Shown here piece by piece: positions 27,771 to 40,449 of a DNA stretch of 64,000 nt. The number at the start of each line of letters is the position of its first letter. Positions within the stretch are counted from its first letter, which is position 1. Position numbers and translations under genes: made by a program. Origin of the DNA: Takakia lepidozioides (taxonomy: Eukaryota; Plantae; Bryophyta); contig CM060733.1 of NCBI GenBank assembly GCA_030704615.1, forward strand, positions 17,670,001 through 17,734,000, written 5' to 3'. The notes beneath the pieces are model-generated. The model saw only the letters and a list, made by a program, of their open reading frames with translations, had not been told where the DNA came from and searched no databases.

Positions 27771-28397
27771 CTGCTCCTCCTGAGCACTCCACCTATTTCC
27801 TCCCCTCTTCTCGTTCTCGCGATCAACAATCTTGTAGTCTCTTTTGTCTAACATGTCAGGTGGCCAAACGTTTGAAGACCCCAATGAAACCATGCGGCAA
27901 GTCTTTCGGCTCTGAAGTGCAATATGGTCACCCCCTCGGATCCTCCCAATCCCTCCACTTCATCCTCCCTTGATCCCTTTAGGAGCAGCCTAGGGAGACC
28001 AACAATCTGCCCATCATCTTCTCCATTGACAATTTTTGGGCATCCCCATGGCCTAGTTTTCTTGACAACCTATGTCTCAGGCTTCGATCTTTCACAAATA
28101 TCCTGCTTTCTAACTCGTCTCCTCATGTGGGCCCGAAACAAAACAATGCAATTATCGCAGTTACTCCGATCATCTTCCGTCATGATCATAATGGCCCTTA
28201 GATTCTTCTCTCTCGAGATATCATCAGACTCTCATACGCCTACGTCTCATAGGCAGATCAGACAAAGTTTGAGGGCCCCTCACATGAGATTGCACTTGTC
28301 ATAAGAAAAAAGCCGAGGAAGTTTTTGCAAAATCTTTGCTCTCACCAAATATCTTGCTGCACTTTGGCTCTATTCTGCAAGACAATGCCAAGGGTAA

Positions 28398-29103
28398 GTG
28401 CACAGATGGATAGACCAAAAACTGTGTAACATGACAGTTTCTGTAGTGACCTCCTTCCATGGTTTCATCCATAGTTTTGCAACAACTCAATATTTCATCT
28501 AAATTTAAAGTTGATTACTAGGGACTGCAGATGTTATAACATAAAATCTTATGGACTAAAGAAACATCATTTACACTCAGTGTAATGACACAAAGGAAAA
28601 TATACTAGGGGTGTCATTTTTAAAACCAACCCAAGTCCATTTTTATATGAAAAACTTACATTGAGAATTGAGAGGTATGGACTATTTTACACCTAAAAAA
28701 TAGATTAATTTGCTCTAGTCCATAACATCTTACATTTTGGGTTTTGGGGGTATCATCTTTTACTAAAAGACATATAAAACTATAATCTGGAATGACCAGG
28801 TGGTATATGGACCAAATGATTGTAAACTGGGGTACAACCATGTGCCAAACTAATGTTGCATAGAGTTCACTAAAACTTAATGTCTAAGTTTTGATGTCTA
28901 ATTTTTTATAAAAAAAATATTGATTAAAGTATCTAGTAAACAATGTCTTCTATATTTGGGGGGGGGGATTTTGACTAAAATTGTTAGATATACTAATATC
29001 TATTTATTTTTTAAATAAACTGAAAAATATGGTCAAAAATTATTTTTTTCATGGACTTCCAATGGATTTAACCTCTGCCGCTTTTGGTCCACACATTCAT
29101 GCA
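28398..29103. mobile_element. AT-rich non-autonomous TIR element
   Basis: Ends TGCACAGATGGATAGACCAAAA and TTTTGGTCCACACATTCATGCA; left half recurs at 10746, right half recurs inverted at 30856-31125. Confidence 0.75.
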
Positions 29104-29124
29104 TCCACCTCCAAGCACTCTTCA

Positions 29125-29305
29125 TGTTGAGACCGCGATAGTCTACACACATGCGTAATGATCCGTCTTTCTTTTTCACAAATAAGATAGGCGCCCCCGC
29201 AAGTGATTTTGAATGTCGGATGAAGTGTTTCGACAAATTTTCATCAATGTATTCACGTAATGCAGCAAACTCCGTCTGGGATAAGTTATAGATTGGGCCG
29301 AATGG
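29125..29305 (-). mobile_element. Ty3/Gypsy reverse transcriptase N-terminal fragment
   Basis: [45 protein letters not shown]. Confidence 0.9.
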
Positions 29306-30435
29306 TGGTTCAGGTCTTGGTGGTCATAGTCTACGATGATGTTTTCAAACATGTCATGGAACGCCCCGAAGTTTGGTCTGATGGTATGCGGCTTTCTGGG
29401 ACGCTGACAAGCTATGCTAAACACTAAGCTTACGGCCGATCTCATGCTCATCAACAACATATGGGAGAAACCTTGCTTCTATTTCAAAAAGAATTCAACA
29501 AAGGTAAAAGACTCATGGAGTCACTAGCTCATGTGACAGTCTAGACTTTTTTGCCTGCACTAGCGTGGCCCAGGCCACACAGTCCTTAGGAAGCTTTTCG
29601 CCCAATGCTGTTCTTGCTAACAAATCCCCTCCTCTGGTAATGTTGCCTTTGACTGCCTCCTCTCAGCTTTGTGATGAAATTGTTCTTTCCTGCATTGCTA
29701 CCTCTCTATTCCCACCCCTCCCTCATAATTCCGAGAGTTGCAACTCACTACTCTACCCTTTTTCATTTTTGCTCCGGATCCTTTTTGTTCGATTTGGTGC
29801 AAGCTCTTGGTAGCAGATTCAGTCTCAAGGAGACTACCTGCTCTGGAACTCCCTCACCAAGAGCTCTCTGTTTCTGCTTTTATCTCGAGCGCGGTAATTT
29901 GATCTATCTTTGCTTATGGGTCTTCCTATCTCGGAAAACTTCATCTCTTTTGGAGTCCGGTTGTACTGTAACAAATTTGTAAGGAGACGAACCATTACGC
30001 TGGTGAAGAAGTGGGCAATGGTCGACACTCAAACTATGTTTGGATCAGTGGCACTGACGGTCCCTGATCTCCAAGTGTGACTGTGTGGCTATGTGTCAAA
30101 TACTCGATGTTATTGGCAATCGCAAAGTGTTCTTTGTCTACCCAGTCATTAGGAAGGTAAAGAGCAAGGAAAGGTTTGAGGCCACACACACTTGCTTGCA
30201 TTTTGGTTCCCAAGAAAAAACAACCATTCGGGGTGACATCTGGCCCTCATGCTAAACTTGGTTCCACTCTAGTTGGGCTTCTTGAACTATCTGATTCTCC
30301 TCTCATGGTTTCTTCCCTTCTCCACTGGATTTCTGCTCTTCCCTTCCGAGATAAACGATTAAAATATTCTTGTCTTGCACTCAGGCCATCACTTCAGGGC
30401 TATCACGGTCCGAGCATGCCGTTTATATGACATAC

Positions 30436-30624
30436 ATGAACTTTAATCTTAGCTCTTGGAATATTAGGGGAATGGACTCAGAAGCTACTACCCAAAAAAA
30501 GGCCAAAATTAAACGTTGGGCCTCCTCCATTTCACTAGTTCAAGAACATAAAATGATTATGGATAAAATTAATTCTCTTGGAGGGGTAGTGTCATTCAAG
30601 ATTTTCGTATATAACTGCCTCTGA
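30436..30624 (+). mobile_element. LINE ORF2 AP-endonuclease N-terminal remnant
   Basis: MNFNLSSWNIRG...SLVQEHK matches EEP/APE motifs I-II. Confidence 0.65.
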
Positions 30625-30855
30625 CCCGGAGCTCATGAATCCAAATTTTGTAGTGACTACCAAACCCGAGGAGGTACTAAGGTCACATGACAAGGCGTTT
30701 TTTGATCCGCGCTTTACCATATGACATTAATTCTAGTGAGGGAGTCATGTTGAAATGTGCTCTAAGTGGAGGCAAGCTGGAGCCGTGGGAAAGTCTCAAG
30801 AGTCGACACAGCCTAATGAGGAGCTCGTGGTGGTGCTCAAGAATATGGGGGCAAT

Positions 30856-31125
30856 TGCACGAATTGGTGGACCAAAAGCGGTAGATGTTGATTCCATTGG
30901 AAGTCCATGAAAAAATAAAAAAATAACCATATTTTTCAGTTTATTATTAAAAAAATAGATAGTAGTATACCTAACATTTTTAGTAAAATGTCCCCCCCAA
31001 ATATTGAAGACATTGTTTCCTAGATATTTTAATCTTTAATTTGAGAAATAAGACGTCAAAACTTAGAGTTTACAACGGTTTGTCCATATACCACATGACC
31101 ATTCTAGATTATAGGGTTGTATGCA
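30856..31125 (-). mobile_element. Inverted, truncated copy of the right half of the 28398-29103 element
   Basis: Reverse complement of about 28780-29103. Confidence 0.8.
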
Positions 31126-31149
31126 CATATTCCTTCGATTGTTAAGAAT

Positions 31150-34100
31150 CCTCTAGCATTCAGCTATATATATATAAACTAGCCCCCTTAATTTGCTTAT
31201 CTACTGACAACCTGAAACACACTTTGCCAAGAGGGACGTCGTAATCTGCTATATGATGTGAGACCTCTTTCCAGAGTAAAATGAAAAAACATGGCCTCCC
31301 GTATGCTGAGAATTACGAACTCTAAAATATTCTTGATTCATACATTTTGTAATTCTTGCCCATGAAGTTGGGTCCCTAAGTGCGGGTGTTCTAGGGAAAG
31401 TTGTAAGAGGGACTTAGATCTTGTTGACACTAATGTGTAGTCTCCTCTTTAGGGATGAGCCAACAAATTGACTTTTGGCGTCCGGAATGACTACCGCTCT
31501 CGGTTTGGAATTCAAATTACCGAATGTCTACATTTTACGCTTGTAATATTTATAATATTTGACACATCGCAGTTGCCAGAATCTCCTTCAAAGACTCAAA
31601 AGTCTGATTGATTGTTCCATCGACCCCCTTTCTATAGCTAGGTTGGATATAAGTCACTTAATGTCTCTTAATGTCCCTTAATGTGTGACATACATAAGTG
31701 TATGTGGTTTTGAGCCCATGACCACTTACAAGACGGCCTTGTGCCCTAACCACTTGAAATGTTAATTTTATATATTCTATTATTATTTAATATTTCTTCA
31801 TCAAATGATAGTCACTAGATGTCTGTGTTAGAGTATATTATTGTAATTGATGTTTGTACTCACATTTAATGGAAGTTCCAATAAGGTGCTCACACCTCTT
31901 GGTGCATAATCTAAAAGTGTGTCTCTATGTATCTAGATCTTTTCAAAGTTGTATATCTTCTTTAACAACAATTGTGACCATTACCCTTCTTCTACCTCTA
32001 CTTCTTTTATATTTCATTTTTAGTCAAATTTTCTCTTCCAAATTGACGAACCTTAATCAATACATTGAAATAAATTTTATATATATATGAATTATGAATA
32101 TGGTGCATGATTGAGCATCTTAGTGCAAAACAGAATATGTTGCTAGTATTGGAGAAATCTTTAATGAATTCACATGTAGAGATATCAAAGGCATGCACTA
32201 TTGAAAACATCTTTAACTTTGACACTCTTAGCAACTCTTACGAGACTTAAAATACACCCACTCTAAATGTAGTCATGCATGATGATACAGTCCATAATAG
32301 TAATTCAGTCTTTTTTCCTGATTGAAATATTGATTTCTATGTGAACGGTTAATGATTGCATGTGCATGTGTGTGTTTGAGAACCTCCGAAGCGAGGAAGA
32401 AAAAAATCAAAAGTTCTGTTTTTTTGCTTCAACAATGGCAAATTTATGCATTGATGGACAACGATATATTATAATGGTTAAAAGATGTTGCCCATCTGGA
32501 TGCATTCAAGCAATCAAGGCTTTGGGTTTTTCTTCATAAGTTTGTTTACTTCAATCAATCTTCACAATTCATACAGTTCTTATGGAATTATATAAGTTGA
32601 ATAATAATAAGTAAAAAGATGTAGCCTCCATGTATCAAAAAAGGAGAGTGGAGTGGAAGATATGTAATCTTACAAAAACCTAACAAGAGCTTTCCACAAT
32701 CAAGAACATGTTGTAAGGGACAAATTTTCTTCAAACCCATGTTTAAGAAAATGAAGGTGGAAGATATTAGTATCATAATCATAATTTCACTAATTTATAT
32801 ATCATTTTGGTACGAAAAAGCTATCGTTCTTGGTAAATCCAACCACGTTTAAAACGCATACCACAAATATAACTAAAGTCAATCATATATATGAAAATTA
32901 AAAAATAATTTTCCTCATCAATATTAGACTTTCAATCAGTTGGAAGTAGGATTATTATCCTCAAATAGTAAATAAAAGTTTATAAATTAATTTCAAATTG
33001 TGTAATAGACACCTCTTAATGAAGTGTTGGAGATAGCCATCGACTCTCACCATGATATTTGAAATATTATACCAATAAAACTAATTGAAATGAAAAATTA
33101 ATGATAAATAATAATAAATTAAACCAAAATATTTTTATATAATAAATATAGTAATAAACATATTTATAATACATAATATTTAGAGAAAATTTTTGAACTC
33201 TAGTTCAATATTTAATATCTTAATATAATATCCATATAATATAAATTATGCATTGATTTCATTCATCACTCAAATAGACACAAAATTCTCCAAATAATAT
33301 AATTTGATCCAAATCAACAATTATAGAGAATATTATTTTATTTCTATTAAACACTTCTCATTCATACTTGAATAAATAAGTTGTGGGACAAATCCTTGAA
33401 GAAGAGCATCAAGACAAGGATTATTATTCTAATAATATATCTTACATTACAACCATTGAATGGTGTACTATACACTTTTGAATGTCGAATTTTTATGGCA
33501 CAAGGTATAACCATCATTTAGAATATTATACATATATATATATTAAATAAGGTTAATAACACTTATACTTTTTATATCGAAATAATTTTGTCATGGAAGA
33601 AAAATATAAATTAAATTATGTGCATCTTCTCTTTTTTGTACAATACAAAAATAACTGACATTTAAGATATTTATTTTTATTCAGATTTCAAAATTAATGT
33701 AACATCTTTCTTTGTACATCCATTCAAAAACCTCAATATTTCTAATTGACTTCATTTTGGTGGTTCTACATAAAAATGAACATGACAAACATAACAAATC
33801 TACTTATCTTCCCAAACTGAGTTGTGGAATTAGAAAAACTTCTAGATGTTCAAAATTCCAACTAACATGTGATACAATCATTTAATCTGTGATACAAATA
33901 AATATGTGCACAATATCCACATTCATAACAAAACTGTGTAGCTTGGATAGATCAAAAGAAAAAGAATTCAACTATGTCAAGCCGGATCACATAAAGAAAA
34001 GGAATGGAATAGCAGAAGGTTTAACACAAAGCATTTGCAAATAAAGACTGTCAAACTTGGAGTACTCAAAATCAATTGTAAGCCACTCAAATCATGGTTT

Positions 34101-34460
34101 GATTGATATTGACACATTTAATAACAATATCATTGTACTTACATTACAGATGAAGATTGTGGCAAGGAGGTGTTTTTTTTTGGCAATAAACATAGGTAAA
34201 GAATCTATCAGAGGTTGCTTCATCAAAGAGCCGTTGCAACTCGTTGTATTTTCTTTAATTATACTCATTGACTTCAACGTGTTTGCCCCATAAACTACCA
34301 TATGTAGGCACCCATGGACAAGGACAACATAAGGACTTTCATCTATCCGATCACACACACATGTTTAGCATTCCATCGACCTTACAAAAGTATACTCCAT
34401 CATGTCATGCTCTGATCTTGTATGCGAGGAGTGAGGAAGCACCACCTAATGAAGATAGCT
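31150..34460 (+). repeat. Segmental duplication, copy 1 (AT-rich, diverged)
   Basis: Colinear anchors shared with 40450-45500, e.g. TGCTTATCTACT, AAAGTGTGTCTCTATGTATCTAGATCT, GAGCATCTTAGTGCAAA, GCATCAAGACAAGGAT, GCAATAAACATAGGTAAAGAATC, GAGGAAGCAC. Confidence 0.9.
31635..31760 (-). mobile_element. tRNA-headed short repeat (also about 37040-37130, 40265-40325, 41030-41110)
   Basis: Minus strand AGTGGTTAGGGCAC...GGGCTCAAAACC, A/B-box-like. Confidence 0.5.
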
Positions 34461-34618
34461 CGTGCTTTTCTCAAGCTCATCAATTATTACCCTAATCAAC
34501 ATCCAGCTTCAATGCGAAGGTGTTATTCATAAACCGGGGTCTTGCAAACTTCTGGTTTATCTCATTCACCTCCTCTAATGTTGACATTGATGTCCATGCT
34601 ACCATAGTTGTGAGTGGC

Positions 34619-36139
34619 TTATGAAAGGCAATTTGCCTTTGAACTTGAAGGAGCTTTGACCATGTCCATGCCAGTGTCCCGTTGGGCTTGACGGAGCTTG
34701 TTGCACCAAGAGTCAAAGGCCTCACTAAGATCGGGCCAAGCCTTTCGGCACTTGAGACACGCACCGATCCAGATTTTGAATATCATCTCTTGGTCCACCA
34801 TTGGCAGGGTTTCGACCACAGCTCCTAAGCCGCCTTCAAGGGTTCGTTGCAACTCAACGTCTTTCCCAAAATTGTTCTCCCCATCGTTTCCTAACTTTGC
34901 TACCACCGGTAACCATGTGGTGACAAGTGCTAAGCGTACTACACGGGGAACAACCACCTCTCCTTTCTGTAGGGCTTGCAACATTCGGACTAAAATCTGG
35001 AAAAATGTTTCTGTGAATGGATTTTGATAGATCCTTGAGACCATCAACTGAGCAAGTTCCTGTTCTTCGGAGAACATCTTCACAGCTACATCTGCAATTT
35101 GAAGGGCAAACAACTCGTCCAAGAGCCAGCGCATAGCTGAGCAAGTAATAGTCACCTGATGAACATTCCAAGAAAAAAAATTGGCAAATTTACGCAGTTG
35201 TGTCTTCAATTGCTCCAAATTCCCGTGTAGCTCTTTGAACAGGGCTACCTCATTGACTGCTGCAAAAGCGGCAGAGGTCGATGGTTGAACATTTGCAAGC
35301 AACACTCTCTCAGTAATATCTCGAGCCTTGGAGGGTGCGCCATTCGTGACCAAAGACAACAATTCTCCCAACACATCTTTCATGATTTCCAGAGGCTTAC
35401 AATCTGACACGCTTTCTGGGGTACACAGCCTGGCAGCTAGATCCGGTGATGCTTGCAAATGCAAATTGGAGACATAAGCACGAATTGCACTCTCATTTTT
35501 CACCGACCACGGCACCGCTTCTAGATACCGCATGCAAGTATTCACACAATCGTGGAACAGAAGCTCGGCGGCCACTTCCAATATATTCAACGCATCCTGC
35601 ACATCCACAAACGACGTGTGCTTCACCCGATCTGGCACGTACAACATCTGAATGCATCTTACGTACGTGTTTGGATCTCTGCACTTATCTAGCATCAGTT
35701 CCAACGGCTTTGCCCCATTCGACGCCCATCGCTCCGACAACCTGGCCTCAAAAAACTCTGATCTTCTCAGGGCCTTGGAATGCAATAGCATAGGAGGCAA
35801 CGTCTGCCCTTCCACAGGGCTAAGATGTAGCACGACGTCTGCTGTGGCATCGTCGCCATAACGCGGAGCTTGGCCCTGCCCCGCGGCCATCGCCCGCAAC
35901 GACCTTGCTGGCACGTATGGCGCCACGCTCCACCGTGCCCCTCGTGCCCTTTTGCGTTGTCGCGGCCTGGCCGCCTCTGTCCACGATGGCCATGCTGCTG
36001 CCATCGTGCTCATGGTGCCCGGGGCATACCCATATGCATGCATACATACCGCCTTTTTCCGCCGACGTCTTCTTTCCCCTCCCTCTATATTACATCCACT
36101 TGTCTTACAACATTCCACTGACTCTATGGAATTTGTCAC
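34619..36139 (-). CDS. Intronless BTB/POZ-domain protein (At1g63850/At3g50780-like plant family); true start may be a downstream Met (e.g. MSTMAAA at about 36013)
   Basis: 506-aa ORF with ADVVLHL, LHSKALRRSEFFEARLSERW, ILEVAAELLFHDCVNTCMRYLEAVPW and the C-terminal LPMVDQEMIFKIW...WPDLSEAFDSWC. Confidence 0.92.
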   Translation of the reverse strand: MTNSIESVECCKTSGCNIEGGERRRRRKKAVCMHAYGYAPGTMSTMAAAWPSWTEAARPRQRKRARGARWSVAPYVPARSLRAMAAGQGQAPRYGDDATADVVLHLSPVEGQTLPPMLLHSKALRRSEFFEARLSERWASNGAKPLELMLDKCRDPNTYVRCIQMLYVPDRVKHTSFVDVQDALNILEVAAELLFHDCVNTCMRYLEAVPWSVKNESAIRAYVSNLHLQASPDLAARLCTPESVSDCKPLEIMKDVLGELLSLVTNGAPSKARDITERVLLANVQPSTSAAFAAVNEVALFKELHGNLEQLKTQLRKFANFFSWNVHQVTITCSAMRWLLDELFALQIADVAVKMFSEEQELAQLMVSRIYQNPFTETFFQILVRMLQALQKGEVVVPRVVRLALVTTWLPVVAKLGNDGENNFGKDVELQRTLEGGLGAVVETLPMVDQEMIFKIWIGACLKCRKAWPDLSEAFDSWCNKLRQAQRDTGMDMVKAPSSSKANCLS

Positions 36140-36757
36140 CGAACAGAGTTTTACAGAGAACGACGTGATTGCCAGTACATGAAGATGCTTAAGGCCACAA
36201 ATAGCGCTACTGTATAGGGAAAGTTCTCCATCAACCCTACGACATCACCAAACACTCTTGCAAGGGGATAATCTCCATGTGTTATGTCAATAGCTAGTGC
36301 AAATGTTGGTCCTAGGGTGGAAGAGATGAGGGTAGTGGTAATGAAGTTGGTTGTGCCTTCTATGGGCATGCGAAGGGTTGGGACCCATATGTCATGATGC
36401 CGGTGGCCAATGGGATGACGTATGTACCAAGGGGTGTGAGATTGAAAAGACATGGGTAGTCAATGACTACCATGTGGCAGTCCAACTAGCAGGGTTGGTT
36501 GTTTCGTAATCCAACGGCTTGGATGTGAGGATCTTGGCAGTCTTATGGATGATGCTCATCATCCACGAAGATTATGAGTTCCAAAATCTTCATCCGCACA
36601 TGCTGAGTTAATTGAAAGTGGATGTCGTCCAATTCCTGATTTTGGCTAAACCTCTAATGCATATTGATTCTTTGCCGAAACAAGCATAACTTATGGTATC
36701 ATTTAATCCCAAATGACTACCGCCTTTAGTTGGAAGGTGGATATCTTGTAATGGCAA

Positions 36758-36918
36758 CCAGCATGAAGCCCAGTGGTAATGGGCACATACCACGTTGGAT
36801 GTGGTTGTGGGTTCAAACCACAGTCTAGTGTGTCATGTGTCCACCTTTCAGCTGGAAGGCAGTAGCCCTTGTGGTGAAGAGACACCATAAGTTACGCTCC
36901 TTTCGGGAGGCATCATAC
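36758..36918 (+). mobile_element. tRNA-headed SINE-like repeat (copy 2)
   Basis: Colinear with 15200-15366; CCAGTGGTAATGGGCAC and GGTTCAAACC. Confidence 0.7.
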
Positions 36919-38353
36919 TCTCACTCTCTTGTAATGGCTATAATCGGGGCAACACGGTTCCCCAAACCTCCCCCAAGAAATCCCAAAGTATCCACATAGT
37001 AAGCAACAGATTGACCTAGCTAACACCTTTTTTTTTTTCAGCTAGGTTGGCCGTACTGAGTGACATCCAAAATACGCTTATGTGGCTTTGAACCAACGAC
37101 CACTTGTAAGGCCATAGGGCCATTATTGGATACTATCTCTAGCTATTGAACAAGACACACCAACTAGCAACATAATTGTCTAGTTCTTTAAGCAAAAATA
37201 GACTCCAAGGGGTCCAATTGTATCTTAATAGTGGGTGATCATCCCTAGCACAAGACTCTAACTGAAGTCGGCGTAGCTAAGAGCCACTTTGCCTTGCGAT
37301 TACTGCCCCTTTTCAAATTTAGGCTCTAAAACTGGCTTGACACTACTCTAGCTTGTCGATTGGTTACCTTTTAGCTTGTGTCTGTTGGTAGTAATCAATA
37401 TAGAAAATGTATGGTTGTAAGGTATACAACTTTGAAGCAACTCACAAGTGCTTTATGTGAAATTAGTAGAATGTGGTGTGTCAATGCCTCCTTGAGTTCT
37501 TACTATAAGATTGTAAGTGGCTGGCCAATTTTCCATCCTCTTTGTCTAAGAGCTAGGATTAGTGGGGCGTATTTTGTTTTGTTTTGTGAGGATATTGTTG
37601 TGCAAGATATTGATCGTGGTAGTATGTAAACTTAATATAATCAATAATGAGGCTGGGGCTGGGTATGCCCGGGGGGAGGGGAGGGGCGGGGCAAGCTTAG
37701 GTAGGTAGCCGTGTGATGAAAAATATGTCGAGACACAATCTGGCAAGACATTGGCAAGAGGGAGACCTATAGTTAGCAAATACCATTTGTGTTGTGATCA
37801 TGTATAAGTTTGGGAGTCTGCCTTGATATAAGAGGGAACGAACAAATTTTTGAGTGTTGTAAGGAAAATTTACGTATATGCCATATTACTTGATTGTGCC
37901 TCATGATACGAAGTCCGCTTATAATAAGGTGGGAGCATTGCCCAGGAAGGTGAGGCCATGTGTCATGTGCAAAAAGGGGGGGGGGGGGGGGGGGGGTTAC
38001 ATAATGGGCGAAATGGCGAGGGATCTAGATGGGGCCAAAAGATCTTTGTTTACGTTGATTTCCCATGTACTAAACATATCAAAATCTTAAGGTCTATCGG
38101 GTTCAGGGGTCAATAGCTACTTTTGTAATCCAAAATTATTGGATCTAGCTTGTGATATCCTTAGATTGGTCCATTTTTTCTACTTTGTGGATGTATGTGT
38201 CCAAATTGTGAATATAGCGTGGCTCTGGTTGAGTGGGGAGGCAAGATGCTAGATAAGAAGGAGATATATGTCACTGTGTATGGGTTCCCGGGTTGCCTCT
38301 ATCGAGGGGCTGGCAGTAACCTCTATTGCTAGATGTGTATGCCTCATTGTTAC

Positions 38354-38982
38354 CAAGGTTGGACTGGTATCGTATTTTCAACACACCAGGCTGGTACTGG
38401 TATATAGACCTGCGGCCAATTGTGATACAAGGGAGGTACTGGTATTGGCAAAATTCAGAGATTTGGATACCATGGTGGTATCAATAATACTATGATTGGT
38501 GTGGTGTTTTACGGGTATCAATAGCAATAGTATTTAGAAATTGATACCAGGGTATTATCAATACCGGTCTGGTATCAAACAAAGTTACGATATGGTAATA
38601 TTGAAAGGCCCACTTATCATATAAATGTGTACAAGCATGTTTCTCATTGAATTTGAAGGCTCGACAGTACAATCACAGATCACACACCCAAGACCTGATT
38701 TCTATTGTTTATTGAAAGTTGCATCCATATCGTGCATAGTGCATATTGAGCCGCCGATATTGATACCTAGGTTTTCCTCACAAAAATGGATCTGGTACTG
38801 GTATCAAGTACCAAATTTTGAACCACCTACCAGACTGGTAGGTACCGTCCATAGTTTTAGGAAGCAGATACCAGGCCAATACGGGTATATGCTAGGTAGT
38901 GGCATGAGGTGATACCAGACTGGTCTGGTACTTCATACCAGTATTGATACAAATTTCCTATCGGTATACCAGTCCAACACTG
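38354..38982. mobile_element. hAT MITE, inverted close copy of 13692-14318
   Basis: Reverse-complement match along its length; TIR CAAGGTTGGACTGGTAT / ATACCAGTCCAACACTG; TSD ATTGTTAC / GTTGTTAC. Confidence 0.92.
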
Positions 38983-40449
38983 GTTGTTACCTTGAATGTC
39001 TATGTGTGATCTGACTTTGAACATGCCCATCGATTATCGTTGTCTTCTCTATAATAGCTTTGATCAGAAATTCAAGTCTGGGTGATTATTTTGTGAAGAT
39101 GGGCATGTTATGTGGTTGGTGAGTATGAATAGAGATGTAAGACTGTTGGTGAAGATGTAGTGTGGCGGCTGAAACTTTCAGAGGTTACATTAAACAGCTT
39201 CGTAAATGGCCATGAATTCTGCATATAGGATGGTAGGAGGCCCTGATAATCTATGAGAGATGTTTTCCCTTGTGGCCGCATGATACATTTCATATATTGT
39301 TTATGAGCCATTCAACAATCCATCCGTGTAATAAGAGTTCCCCACTGGGTATTCGAGGGTTAATGTTGGGTATAGGGTAATGGTGGAATGACTAGCGAGA
39401 GCTGGTTGGGGAGGAGGTATGGGTGGATGCAGAATATGGTGTTTAAATATGGATGTCGTCGGGTAGTTTTGCAATGACTGTGCTCCATGCTATGTCTTCT
39501 CTTGTTCAAGACAATTTGTAGAGTAAAAAGAGGGGTCCATGTATTCATATCACTGCACTTGCCACATTGGTCACTCGTTGAGAAACATGTTTTGCAGTGG
39601 AAGAGAAAACTACACCCAACGACGCAACACGCGCGCGCACGCGCAGGAGTGACGTGGCGTGAGTGTGCACCCACGTTGACGTGGCGTGAGCGTGATGTAA
39701 GCAGGCTGATGTGACGGCAAATGCTGACGTGGCCCTGCGCTGTCATCTGCCACGTCAGCATGAACATGCGCCGCCTATAACCGGGGATGGTCCTATGACC
39801 GTGGGAATAATGAAGGGAATCCTTGGCTGAATACAATAAAGACTGCCATGAGGCCTACAATTGCAGCATCCAACATTGTGCAATTATAAATGTTTGTTTC
39901 ACTTTTATAATTACAATGGTTTGAAATATCCTCACAAAGTGTGCGCCATAGAGGCTGCAACAGGAAGACCTTGCTCCCTCCCCAAATAACAATGAGAGTT
40001 AGGATCATCTTCAAAAGATGGTTGCAGTGCATAGTGACAGGAAGACATGTACACTTCGAACGGTGCAATGATGAATGTGTTTTTAAAAGTTGCCACTCAG
40101 AGCTCACTCAGTATAGTTGGAAGGATAATGGAGGGATAAGGGACGTCATATCATTGCACCACCGACGATGTTGCAAACGAATTGATTTGAATTGAATTTC
40201 CATGACAATGTTGCAAATTGCACATTTCATAGCATGATCGTCCATATACCACATGGCATAGTTTACATGAACCCATGAGGGCTTTGTAAGGCAATTTTGT
40301 GCCCTAACCACTGGGCCATCTAGCCCTATATAGAAAAACATTGGCATACCACAGTCAGTCAAACCGTGTTCAACCATGTGCAGATTCATTTGAATTCTAT
40401 TGAAAAAGAAAACTCAAAATAATAATTGCATCGTTAAAAACTCGTGTCA

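Noticed and set aside
29460-30130. LINE ORF2 remnant on the minus strand
   Set aside because: Composition is suggestive but no diagnostic motif could be read
37975-37996. Poly-G tract (also about 45636-45655) as a functional G-quadruplex
   Set aside because: Simple homopolymers in TE debris with no supporting context
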